In this document: positions 8,636-17,015 of the stretch, in pieces
How positions within the stretch are numbered: the stretch's first letter is position 1
Layout of the letters: every line of letters begins with the position of its first letter
Origin: a virus
Taxonomy: Duplodnaviria > Caudoviricetes
Strand: one strand, 5' to 3'
Virus record (IMG/VR): IMGVR_UViG_3300006104_000001
Span: 1 to 57,826 of that record
Length of the DNA: 57,826 nt
Position numbers and translations under genes: made by a program
The notes under the pieces: generated by a model
Databases searched by the model: none
Told to the model about the DNA's origin: nothing
Seen by the model: the letters and a program-made list of their open reading frames with translations, nothing else

Positions 8636-8922
8636 TTGTTGCTTGGAGGAATCAAATGATCCTCGATCCTCCTCGTTCTGGCATCGATGGCTTGGATCAA
8701 TGCCAATGCTGTTGCTAAAGCCTCTCTCCGTTGAGAATTATCTACCTCGATGGCCGCTATTCTTGCTTCTTGGGTTTTGTGCCCTTCCTCCAATGTTGCA
8801 ACCCTGTTGGGTAGCAAAGCATAACTCCAAAAAATCGTGCAAAATGCCGCTACGCCACTCAATCCTCCGAATAATGGCAAATGCTTGAGGATGTATCCTG
8901 AATGTTCCTTATCAGTAAACAT
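8632..8922 (-). CDS. TM plus coiled-coil protein (holin/XhlA-like)
   Basis: One TM segment followed by heptad repeats RVATLEE...RIEDHL. Confidence 0.5.
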   Translation of the reverse strand: MFTDKEHSGYILKHLPLFGGLSGVAAFCTIFWSYALLPNRVATLEEGHKTQEARIAAIEVDNSQRREALATALALIQAIDARTRRIEDHLIPPSNK

Positions 8923-8930
8923 AGCATTAT

Positions 8931-9212
8931 TTAGTTGAGTCCTACTTGGATAATCCCTGCGGATGGGCCAACAAGATTGATGGAAAATGAAACTAAATCT
9001 GCCGCCGTTTTTCCTGATGGGAAGGCAATCAATCCGGAACTTTCCAGAAGCGATTGAAAAGCGGAGACCTGACTTGTGTTTAACGGTCCCCTGAACTGAA
9101 TCGCACCATTAACAGGAGTAAGGTTAATGGGAGTCACATTTTGAGCAGTACCAGAAGGCGCTGTTGTTGGAGCTACTGGTATCTGTATGGATGTTGGAGG
9201 ACTCGTAATCAT
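8931..9212 (-). CDS. Hypothetical small protein, likely paralogue of 9272-9466
   Basis: C-terminal pattern helix-IAFPSGKT-strand-G-strand shared with neighbour. Confidence 0.55.
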   Translation of the reverse strand: MITSPPTSIQIPVAPTTAPSGTAQNVTPINLTPVNGAIQFRGPLNTSQVSAFQSLLESSGLIAFPSGKTAADLVSFSINLVGPSAGIIQVGLN

Positions 9213-9231
9213 AGGGGTGTATTGTTGGTTT

Positions 9232-9263
9232 GGCGTCCGGATAGTTGAGTATATCCGGACGCC
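9232..9263. terminator. Intergenic 12-bp stem-loop
   Basis: GGCGTCCGGATA-N8-TATCCGGACGCC; no strong U-tract, may be a stabiliser or processing hairpin. Confidence 0.45.
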
Positions 9264-9271
9264 TCCATTGA

Positions 9272-9466
9272 TTATTTGCTGAAGCGGATATTCAGCGATC
9301 CGGTGCCATCGTCATTGACGATAACATTGACTGCCTTGGCATTTGCCAGGGATTCGCCAGCCGGAAGCGTTACCACAGGTGAAATCGCGGCAATGAGAGC
9401 CTGGATGTCAGCGGCGGCCAGCTTCGAGGAAGCAACAATAGGAGCGGCAACTAGAGTGATAGCCAT
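9272..9466 (-). CDS. Hypothetical small protein
   Basis: 64 aa Ala/Val/Ile-rich ORF in the late operon. Confidence 0.6.
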   Translation of the reverse strand: MAITLVAAPIVASSKLAAADIQALIAAISPVVTLPAGESLANAKAVNVIVNDDGTGSLNIRFSK

Positions 9467-9588
9467 AGTGTTATTTGTCCGGTTTGATCAGTTGGACTCA
9501 TCTGGTTTTCTTACCTCGGCAAGGCCGTTCATTCCCATCGCATCAAGGCTCAAGGAGCTAAGGGTATTTGCTGTTGGATTGAAATTGT

Positions 9589-11433
9589 TCATAGCTGAAT
9601 AAAAGGCGGCAATCCGATGAGTTGCCCAAGGTTAATTCCAGTGGTAGATCCACCTCCTGAACCGACGTATGTGCCAGTTTGCATCGACAACCCATAACTT
9701 ACCCCCAACCTGACATCCGATGGTGATGGGTAATTTGCGGATATAGTTCCACTTGGTATTGTTCCGTTTACATATCCTGTTTCGTAACTAAATGAGTAAT
9801 CATACGCAAACCCTGTAAAAGTTGGATCAAAATACCCATTAGTATAATAACTGCCAGACCACCCTCCTGAAGAAATTGAACCATTTAAGTATAAAATAGA
9901 AGCATTATAATAGGCATCAAAATCTATGCCGGAATAATAATCCGTAGATCCATTATTATAATGTTGCCCATCGTAACCTACATAAGCCGCAGATCCATTT
10001 ATGTAAAAAATGGTTGCATCGTAATTATAGTCAAAATCTGAACCAGTAAAGGAATCTAGAAAGCCATTGGTATAGTGTTGTCCTCCATATCCTCCTGACC
10101 CACCAGCGGTTCCATTTATAAAAAAAAGCTCTTCCCCATAATAATAATCATAATCTGCCCCAGTAAAGCTATCAGGAATTCCTTGGTAATAATGTTGTCC
10201 ATTATAACCATTATTGGCAATTAATCCGTTTACAAAGAAATAACTAGTTGAGCCAGTTGGATCAAAACCATAGTCTATAAATGAACCTGTTTGACCAGCA
10301 TATATGCCGTATAATGTACCATTAAATCCACCATCTACACCAACTCCATTAATATAGTATTGATTTGAATTGTTAGTAAAATCCGTTGCTGGTCCTGTGA
10401 AAGTATTGTCTGCTAATCCTGATGTGTAGTATTGACCATTCCATCCTCCATTGAGCAAATTCCCTTGATAATAATAAAGCCCATCAGATTGTTCACCAGA
10501 AACCAATGATTGTTGACGAAACCGAACAGAAGTAATATGGAGGGAATTTTCTACTAAACCTGTTGGTTGAATGAATAAAGCGTAAAAACCAACATCCCCT
10601 ATACCCTGAGTATCTTTTGATACTAATCCATCAATATAAACTATATTTGAAGATCCAGGCAAAGAGTTAGCATGGGTTGTAAACCCACTATCTAACCAGT
10701 AATTTGATAAATTACTGAGATCACCATCACCAGTAGAATTATTAAACCATAATTGGGGGCCGGCTGAAATTGTAAAATTTGGATAAGTAGTGCCAAACGA
10801 AGCTCCATATAGTTGCGTAACTTCTGCCGCCGACAATTCTCTTGTCCAATATCCCGCTTCATCGATTTGTCCGTTTTGCCCTACCGCATAAGTAGCATCA
10901 CCATTAGAATTGAAATTTATAGGGTGAATGATATTGCTGTTGATCGGTTTTCCGCTTGAGGAAATCTGACCGACACGGCTTCCATCAACATAGATAGACG
11001 TATGACCAAACTGATTCCATGTACCAACGATATGATGCCAATTACCGTCTTGAGTGTTAATCCCATTTCCATAAACCCTATCCCTTGATCCATCATTGTT
11101 AACAAGAACGCTAAAGTTTCCATACCCACCAGAACCCAATTCTTGACCAGAACTGCCGTATGATTGCCCAGATGAAGCATTCATGGCAAAAAAATCTGCG
11201 GTAGATTTTACCCATATTGCCATTGAAAGCTGGGTTAACCCAGTAGGAACAATGTTTGTTCCTGTGCTTAAATATGTATTACCTCCAGAGAAATTAGCCC
11301 CTTTACCTACTACTGCATCGACAAGATTAACATTAGACCCATTTTGGATTAGATTGTGACCATTTCCGGTTAAATCTGACCAACTTGTATCGTTAAAATT
11401 CCAATACGCTAAAAGATTGTCGGTAAGTGCCAT
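9589..11433 (-). CDS. LamG/concanavalin-A-like tail fibre or receptor-binding protein with Tyr/Gly repeats
   Basis: LLAYWNFND, DGNWHHIVGTW, SIYVDG and GQIDEAGYWTRELSAAEV LamG motifs; ~39-aa GYxGQHYxxG repeats; AT-rich. Confidence 0.78.
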   Translation of the reverse strand: MALTDNLLAYWNFNDTSWSDLTGNGHNLIQNGSNVNLVDAVVGKGANFSGGNTYLSTGTNIVPTGLTQLSMAIWVKSTADFFAMNASSGQSYGSSGQELGSGGYGNFSVLVNNDGSRDRVYGNGINTQDGNWHHIVGTWNQFGHTSIYVDGSRVGQISSSGKPINSNIIHPINFNSNGDATYAVGQNGQIDEAGYWTRELSAAEVTQLYGASFGTTYPNFTISAGPQLWFNNSTGDGDLSNLSNYWLDSGFTTHANSLPGSSNIVYIDGLVSKDTQGIGDVGFYALFIQPTGLVENSLHITSVRFRQQSLVSGEQSDGLYYYQGNLLNGGWNGQYYTSGLADNTFTGPATDFTNNSNQYYINGVGVDGGFNGTLYGIYAGQTGSFIDYGFDPTGSTSYFFVNGLIANNGYNGQHYYQGIPDSFTGADYDYYYGEELFFINGTAGGSGGYGGQHYTNGFLDSFTGSDFDYNYDATIFYINGSAAYVGYDGQHYNNGSTDYYSGIDFDAYYNASILYLNGSISSGGWSGSYYTNGYFDPTFTGFAYDYSFSYETGYVNGTIPSGTISANYPSPSDVRLGVSYGLSMQTGTYVGSGGGSTTGINLGQLIGLPPFIQL

Positions 11434-11442
11434 AAATAAGGC

Positions 11443-11679
11443 TTAACTTTTTGCGATATTGGTAATGTTTCCGTTTCCGTCTCTTGTGATCGTTGTGGTT
11501 TCAAGAACCTGACCTCCACGAGAAACTACGATCTGGATAGGCTTTCCGTTACCATCATTGGTGAATGCTTGGTTATCCCATCCGACGTTGGTTCCTGAAA
11601 CCATATCTAGAATCTTTGACAAGATAATGTGATCGGAATCAGATGTATCTGCTGTTGTGGGTTCGTATCGTTCGCTCAT
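11443..11679 (-). CDS. Hypothetical small structural protein
   Basis: Beta-rich C-terminus (TITRDGNGNITNI) in tail module. Confidence 0.55.
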   Translation of the reverse strand: MSERYEPTTADTSDSDHIILSKILDMVSGTNVGWDNQAFTNDGNGKPIQIVVSRGGQVLETTTITRDGNGNITNIAKS

Positions 11680-11743
11680 GGTAATTGGGGTTTGTGGTTA
11701 ATAGTGTAACAGATAAAATACTAATGCAGACGTAAATCAAGCA

Positions 11744-12493
11744 TTATGTTGACCCAACAGGGATAGCAAGGCCTCCCATGATAGGTAGGGTGAAAGTAAC
11801 ATGGATTGTCTCGTGATCGTAGGCCTGGGTAAGTGCCGAAGAACTTTGAGAAGAGCTTCTGGAAGAACTCTGACTGGAAGAGGTACTTCCGGACTGACTC
11901 CTACTTGAACTCTGGGAAGAACTGGTTGATCCGCTCTGGCTTCTGCTGGAACTTTGACTGGAAGAAGTGCTTCCAGACTGGCTCCTACTGGAGCTTTGGC
12001 TAGAAGAAGTGCTTCCGGACTGGCTCCTGCTGGAACTTTGACTAGAAGAGGTGCTTCCGCTCTGGCTTCTCGAAGATGATCTACTGGAACTTCTTGATGA
12101 TGATCTGCTGGAACTTCTGCTATCACTTCGACTAGAGGATCTACTCGAACTTCTACTGGAAGACCTACTTCCACTACGGCTCGATGATCTGGATCCACTT
12201 CTGGATCCGCTACGGCTCGATGATCTGGATCCGCTTTTGGATCCACTACGGCTCGATGATTTGGATCCACTTCTGGATCCACTACGGCTCGATGATCTGC
12301 TTGCGCTACGACTTGATGATCTGCTTGCGCTACGACTTGATGATCTGCTCGCGCTACGACTATTACTCCGGGAAGAACTTTGGGATCTTGAACTGCTCTG
12401 ACTAGAACTTTGTGATGTTGAATCACTGCGGCTCTGCTCTTGAGGAGAACCTATTGCGCTACCAGATTGGTTAAAGTTAATTGAAGATGGCAT
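11744..12493 (-). CDS. Ser/Arg repeat protein (basic half of charge-zipper pair)
   Basis: 26 x SxS(R/K) then 5 x SQSGSTSSSQSSSR; C-terminal strand IHVTFTLPI; synonymous codons vary between repeats in this frame. Confidence 0.85.
   Translation of the reverse strand: MPSSINFNQSGSAIGSPQEQSRSDSTSQSSSQSSSRSQSSSRSNSRSASRSSSRSASRSSSRSASRSSSRSGSRSGSKSSSRSGSKSGSRSSSRSGSRSGSRSSSRSGSRSSSRSSSRSSSRSDSRSSSRSSSRSSSRSSSRSQSGSTSSSQSSSRSQSGSTSSSQSSSRSQSGSTSSSQSSSRSQSGSTSSSQSSSRSQSGSTSSSQSSSRSSSQSSSALTQAYDHETIHVTFTLPIMGGLAIPVGST
11858..12379 (-). repeat. 12-bp and 42-bp coding tandem repeats
   Basis: 12068-12379 period 12 (SxSR); 11858-12067 period 42. Confidence 0.9.
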
Positions 12494-12495
12494 AA

Positions 12496-13296
12496 TTAGA
12501 CGTACCAGTTGAATGCGTTATATCCGTCTGCTGTAGAAGTGCTGGTGCTTGTTCCGGTTTCAGTTTGTGTTCCGGTTTCTGTGCCAGTTTCAGTTCCAGT
12601 TTCTGTACCAGTTTCGGTTCCGGTTTCTGTACCAGTTTCAGTTCCGGTTTCTGTACCAGTTTCAGTTCCGGTTTCAGTTCCAGTTTCAGTTCCAGTTTCT
12701 GTACCAGTTTCAGTTCCAGTTTCTGTACCAGTTTCGGTTCCGGTTTCGGTAGCAGTTTCGGTTCCGGTTTCAGTACCAGTTTCGGTTCCTGTTTCTGTTC
12801 CAGTTTCGGTTCCGGTTTCGGTAGCAGTTTCAGTTCCGGTTTCTATACCAGTTTCAGTTCCGGTTTCGGTGCCGTTTTCCAAAGAACTTTCTTGAGAAGC
12901 ACCAGAGTTAACCCCTGATTCAGTAAAGCTTTCTTGAGAGATGCCAGAGTTAACCCCTGATTCAGTAGAACTTTCTTGAGAGATGCCAGAGTTAATCCCT
13001 GATTCAGTAGAACTTTCTTGGGTTAAACCATTGTTTTGAGATACTTCATTAGAATTATCTGATGTAGATCCAAGTGAAACTTGTGAATCTTGGCCTGTTT
13101 CAACTTGCGTCGAAACATTGGTTTGGTTTTTGGGGAATTGGTTAAGACCTCCCCCGACGATAACCTCGTAATCAAACTGAACGCTTTCAGGCAATGCCAC
13201 GATCACGTTCTGACGACCAGAAATCACGCCATTCTTGATCGACAACAAGACATTGTTGATGGCACTGGCTACATTGGATAGTTGAATCAGTGGCAT
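12496..13296 (-). CDS. Thr/Glu repeat protein (acidic half of charge-zipper pair)
   Basis: N-terminal helix plus VQFDYEVIV strand, ~4 x 14-aa SGISQESSTESGVN-type repeats, then LENG and 25 x TETG-type. Confidence 0.85.
   Translation of the reverse strand: MPLIQLSNVASAINNVLLSIKNGVISGRQNVIVALPESVQFDYEVIVGGGLNQFPKNQTNVSTQVETGQDSQVSLGSTSDNSNEVSQNNGLTQESSTESGINSGISQESSTESGVNSGISQESFTESGVNSGASQESSLENGTETGTETGIETGTETATETGTETGTETGTETGTETGTETATETGTETGTETGTETGTETGTETGTETGTETGTETGTETGTETGTETGTETGTETGTETGTQTETGTSTSTSTADGYNAFNWYV
12571..13032 (-). repeat. 12-bp and 42-bp coding tandem repeats
   Basis: 12571-12882 period 12 (TETG); ~12877-13032 period 42. Confidence 0.9.
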
Positions 13297-13300
13297 AGTG

Positions 13301-14170
13301 TTAGAATCTCCAAGGTGTCATGACAAAATTCATTCCAGGCCCCGCATCGGGAGCCATCTTGGACAGTAAATCCATCGCCCTTTGCAACCCTGTTTGTGCA
13401 ATCTTGGGGTCGTAATCATTAGGCCACAGGGGTCCTCCTACCATGCGGCTTAATGCCATCGGGAAGAGGATGGAGAAAACGTGCTCATCCGAAACAGGAA
13501 GGGGTGTCGGGCTAATGAGTTGTTTTAGAGTATATTGAAGCGGCCTTACCTCCATGTTCACCTTTAAGGTTAAAGGGCGATCTGGGATCGGGATAAGTCG
13601 CAGATAAAAGTATGGGGAGGCCCCGGAGGCCTGCCCTTGCGCTTCCACCACAAATCGCAAGGGATAACCTATCTGAGCCTCACCCAAGAATCTTCCCTCA
13701 TCGGGTTGTCTAAGAAGGTATCGAACAAAGATCCCATTGTTAAATAGTTCCGGATCTCCTGAAAACCTTGCGAAGTTTGGAGCTAGTGGGAACGCATCCG
13801 TATAGTACGTTGCCGTTACTGACCCTGTATTTCCCTGATAAGGAAGATCTAGAGTATTGGTGTCGATGATGCGGTTCATCTGGGAATCCCCAGGGATCGA
13901 TATGGAGAGTCCTATTAGTGACGGATCGACGCCTGTTATTGAGGTGCTTCCATTTGTCACCCCGACAACACAAGTGTTGGGAGCCTGAATGTTGAAAGTA
14001 ACATTTGATTTTACCCTGTATGGAGAAGGGGCGGCGGCAAAAAACTCGGCGATTGCCGAATTGATGGCATCCAGGACTTCTGTGGCATCGTCTGCCGGCA
14101 TGGAATGGATGTCCCTTACCTTCAGGTGACGGCAAATGCGTGATGCAAGTTGGAGAATTGTCGTACTCAT
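13301..14170 (-). CDS. Podovirus-type head-tail adaptor / tail tubular protein
   Basis: Helical N- and C-termini (VLDAINSAIAEF) around a beta core with GYPLRF...LRLIPIPD; downstream of MCP. Confidence 0.6.
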   Translation of the reverse strand: MSTTILQLASRICRHLKVRDIHSMPADDATEVLDAINSAIAEFFAAAPSPYRVKSNVTFNIQAPNTCVVGVTNGSTSITGVDPSLIGLSISIPGDSQMNRIIDTNTLDLPYQGNTGSVTATYYTDAFPLAPNFARFSGDPELFNNGIFVRYLLRQPDEGRFLGEAQIGYPLRFVVEAQGQASGASPYFYLRLIPIPDRPLTLKVNMEVRPLQYTLKQLISPTPLPVSDEHVFSILFPMALSRMVGGPLWPNDYDPKIAQTGLQRAMDLLSKMAPDAGPGMNFVMTPWRF

Positions 14171-14928
14171 TAGGATTTACCTTGTTGCGGATCAACCTCC
14201 GTATCGAAGTCCTCCCTTGGCTTGGGGTTGAGCAGTTTAAGTTTTTCAATCGCTTTGTCGTAATCTGCGGAGAACATCTGGGCTTCATCCTTTAGGATCC
14301 AATAATGAGATCGCATTGCATGACCGCGAGCTAGTGGCATGAGGTATGTTTCCATCCAATCAAGCGGGATCGGGAGCGTAACGGCATTGAGTGCCGCCGC
14401 TCCGGTGGAATGATTGGCCGAGTAATTGGCAACCAAAGTTCCATCAAGTTCGGGCACCTCGAAGGTCGTGACAACAGTGACGGTTAGCGGTGTTCCGCTT
14501 ACGGCACTTGGGGTAATGTGCAGAATGCTTCCTGGGTTTGCCGTGTAGGTACGCTCTAACCAGAATGCTTCTGGGGATCCTGCGGTGGCACTTGGGTTGT
14601 AGGTTGCCGCATACCAATCCAATTCTTCCTTCCGGTTTAAGGGGCGCAGTCTTGTGATGCCATCGGGTCCGATGACCTCGATGACTCTCGTGCTTTCCTG
14701 AATATTGAGCGGTTGATTTGCTACATTCGAGCTATTGGATCCAAAGGTAACATTTGTGTAAGTGGTGAACCTGAAGAACTCCCCTGTCTCACGGAAAATA
14801 TCCTGAATTGCCGCATTGATGGCATTGGTGGCGACATCTGCAATAAATGCCGGTGCATTGACTGGCTGTTCCATCCCCAGGAGGCGATAGAGGTCATCGA
14901 CGACCTTGGAGAGGTTCAGCATACTCAT
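14170..14928 (-). CDS. Second adaptor-like protein (paralogue of 13301-14170)
   Basis: ATNAINAAIQDIF, GSPEAFW...LHITPS and LPIPLDW...YLMPLA architecture. Confidence 0.6.
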   Translation of the reverse strand: MSMLNLSKVVDDLYRLLGMEQPVNAPAFIADVATNAINAAIQDIFRETGEFFRFTTYTNVTFGSNSSNVANQPLNIQESTRVIEVIGPDGITRLRPLNRKEELDWYAATYNPSATAGSPEAFWLERTYTANPGSILHITPSAVSGTPLTVTVVTTFEVPELDGTLVANYSANHSTGAAALNAVTLPIPLDWMETYLMPLARGHAMRSHYWILKDEAQMFSADYDKAIEKLKLLNPKPREDFDTEVDPQQGKS

Positions 14929-14930
14929 AA

Positions 14931-15320
14931 TCAGAAAGTTATCTCTGCCTCAGAGGGCTGTTCTTTTTTGGGACGACCGGCTTTCTTGGGAGGATTGGCG
15001 TTGTCGTGTACGATTTCCGGATTTTGATCGACAAGTTCCTTTGTCGTGTCGATGTGATCGACAAGAGGTGTTTCCTCGTCACGGCCATACGGATCGACAT
15101 AGATCTCAGGAACAACATGAAGGCGAGGCTTGGGAGCCGTGAAAATGTCGCGTGCTACCTTGTTGAACTCCTTTGGTGTCAGTTCACGGCCAAGGTAGAT
15201 GTGTTTTGCGTATTTCTGATTCCAGACAAACGGATAGGACACGCCACTGCGTCCGGTGTGGTTCACAGTGAGTCCACCGGATCGGTTGGCATCGGGAATT
15301 GTCATTAGGAATTTAGGCAT
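14931..15320 (-). CDS. Hypothetical protein following MCP
   Basis: C-terminal KKAGRPKK motif, often seen in post-capsid genes. Confidence 0.6.
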   Translation of the reverse strand: MPKFLMTIPDANRSGGLTVNHTGRSGVSYPFVWNQKYAKHIYLGRELTPKEFNKVARDIFTAPKPRLHVVPEIYVDPYGRDEETPLVDHIDTTKELVDQNPEIVHDNANPPKKAGRPKKEQPSEAEITF

Positions 15321-15350
15321 TGGGAAAATGGGTGGTGGAGGTTCCTATCC

Positions 15351-15381
15351 AAGGAAAGGAGGGGGGATTTCTCCCCCCTCC
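15351..15381 (-). terminator. Rho-independent terminator after MCP
   Basis: Minus strand GGAGGGGGGA-GAAA-TCCCCCCTCC-TTTCCTT. Confidence 0.75.
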
Positions 15382-15420
15382 CCGGACTGCGGGATAGGGC
15401 GCAGTCCTTGGGAGTCGTTT

Positions 15421-16938
15421 TTAGCTGACGACAGGCAGGCTGATTCCGGCGTATGGGATGGCGTGCTCCATGACCAAGAAATTGGGCATGATGCCATCGA
15501 CACGCTGGTAAGGGCTTTGCCCGAAGACGCTGGTGATGTAGGTCGTCTTCACGAACTCACCATCAAACATCTGCTCGGTGCGCTCGTTCCGGAAGCGGCC
15601 ATAACCACGGACTGCGGCATTGGCACCCAGAATGAGTGTGCGACCAAACGGAACACCCTTGGCGTTGGTCTCAAGGATCAACGAACCGACTGGGTGTGTG
15701 TTGGTGATGTTGGCGTCAGACCAAGGACCTGCGGCGGTTCCAGAACCGACTACCTGACCTACAGTGTGCAGGGCAAAGGAAGTTGCGGTGGTCGTGGAAG
15801 GCACGAGAGCCTGGTTGACAGTGAGGGCGTTCAGGCCACTTCCATCCAGCCCATTGGCATTGTAGCCATAGAAGCCGTACTTGCCCTGATTGGAACCAGT
15901 GAGGTTCACGATCAGGATGTAGCGCTGGGTCGTCGTTGCCGCGAGGCTATCGGTGTAGGTGAAGCGATAGGCGTAGTTCGAGAAGAACTCGAAATAACGA
16001 GCCTTGATCGCCGCCGCCGCCACGGATCCACCTCCGTAGATGTTGAACGATGCCGTGGGATTGTTGATGGCATTGCCAAGGAGGGCCTTGGGGTTCATCG
16101 CACTTCCGATTGCACCATAACCATCGTGATCGAGCGGGTTAAACTCGCGGATCACATGACCGTTCACATCGACATAGCCGCCGGTGAAGATCGGGTTCTC
16201 ATCACCACGGACGCCTGCATAACGCAGAGCCTCCAAGTAATCAGAGCTATTCTTCAGGGGCACGAGGGCTTCACCGAGTCCAACCGTCACGAAACGATTG
16301 ATCTGGTTCTTGCCTACCTTGGAGACCAGAGCAGGGCGTGCTCCGAGGGTCTTGAGGCGCTGACCTGCACTGATGATGCTGTCCATGCTGATGGTGTCAG
16401 CACTGGTCAGGGAATCGCGGGAAGAAACCTGATTTGCATAAATCGTGTTCATTGCGTTGCCCTTGTTGATGAACATCATCTGAAGGCGCTCGGTCTTCTT
16501 GCGACCAAGCCACTTGCCAAGCTGTTCGGGAACACCGGCCTTCAACTCCGCGAGGAGTGCAGTCTGGTCTTCCGTACGCAGGTTGAGTGCGGTGGCGTGA
16601 CGGAGGTAATCCACCTGAAGGGTGTAATTACCTACGCGGAACTCTTCCGCGTTGTCTCCGATGATCTCGTCGCCCTGGACACCATCACCATAGAGACCGG
16701 ACATCGTGCGGAACACGATTGACTGTCCAGCGCCTTTAGCGAGGTCGGTGACGGATTGGATGGGGGCTTCGGGGCCGGAACCCTCGAACTCACGGAAGTA
16801 ATCTTCCATCTGCTCGGAGAGATCGACACCCTTTTTCCAGAGCTTCGGCAAGAACTGCGAAGCCTGTGAGGCTAGATCGACGGCCAAGTTAGCATTGGCT
16901 GGGATATAGTAGGTATCTGCTGAATTATAAGTAGGCAT
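15421..16938 (-). CDS. Major capsid protein (N4-gp56 / DUF4043-like)
   Basis: DLAKGAGQSIVF...LYGDGVQGD...LQVDYLRHA pattern; follows scaffold; strong C-ending codon bias; terminator downstream. Confidence 0.85.
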   Translation of the reverse strand: MPTYNSADTYYIPANANLAVDLASQASQFLPKLWKKGVDLSEQMEDYFREFEGSGPEAPIQSVTDLAKGAGQSIVFRTMSGLYGDGVQGDEIIGDNAEEFRVGNYTLQVDYLRHATALNLRTEDQTALLAELKAGVPEQLGKWLGRKKTERLQMMFINKGNAMNTIYANQVSSRDSLTSADTISMDSIISAGQRLKTLGARPALVSKVGKNQINRFVTVGLGEALVPLKNSSDYLEALRYAGVRGDENPIFTGGYVDVNGHVIREFNPLDHDGYGAIGSAMNPKALLGNAINNPTASFNIYGGGSVAAAAIKARYFEFFSNYAYRFTYTDSLAATTTQRYILIVNLTGSNQGKYGFYGYNANGLDGSGLNALTVNQALVPSTTTATSFALHTVGQVVGSGTAAGPWSDANITNTHPVGSLILETNAKGVPFGRTLILGANAAVRGYGRFRNERTEQMFDGEFVKTTYITSVFGQSPYQRVDGIMPNFLVMEHAIPYAGISLPVVS

Positions 16939-17015
16939 GATAAGGTTTTCCTATCTAGGAAGCACCGACTACCTGACCCTTATTCAGATCCGGCACACGC
17001 CGGCAGAGTGGGCTG

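Noticed and set aside
9589-11433. Diversity-generating retroelement target
   Set aside because: No reverse transcriptase and no TR/VR pair differing only at adenines was seen
11737-12918. Alternative-frame and antisense repeat ORFs (LLDD, VPVS, FQFR, DHRAVV)
   Set aside because: Stop-free by-products of the tandem repeats; synonymous variation preserves only the SxSR and TETG frames
11858-13032. CRISPR array or ice-nucleation protein
   Set aside because: No unique spacers or cas genes; repeats lack the AGYGSTxT ice-nucleation consensus and are better explained by A-B complementarity
15256-16722. 488-aa plus-strand ORF antisense to the capsid gene
   Set aside because: Shadow ORF caused by strong codon bias of the MCP; no recognisable motifs
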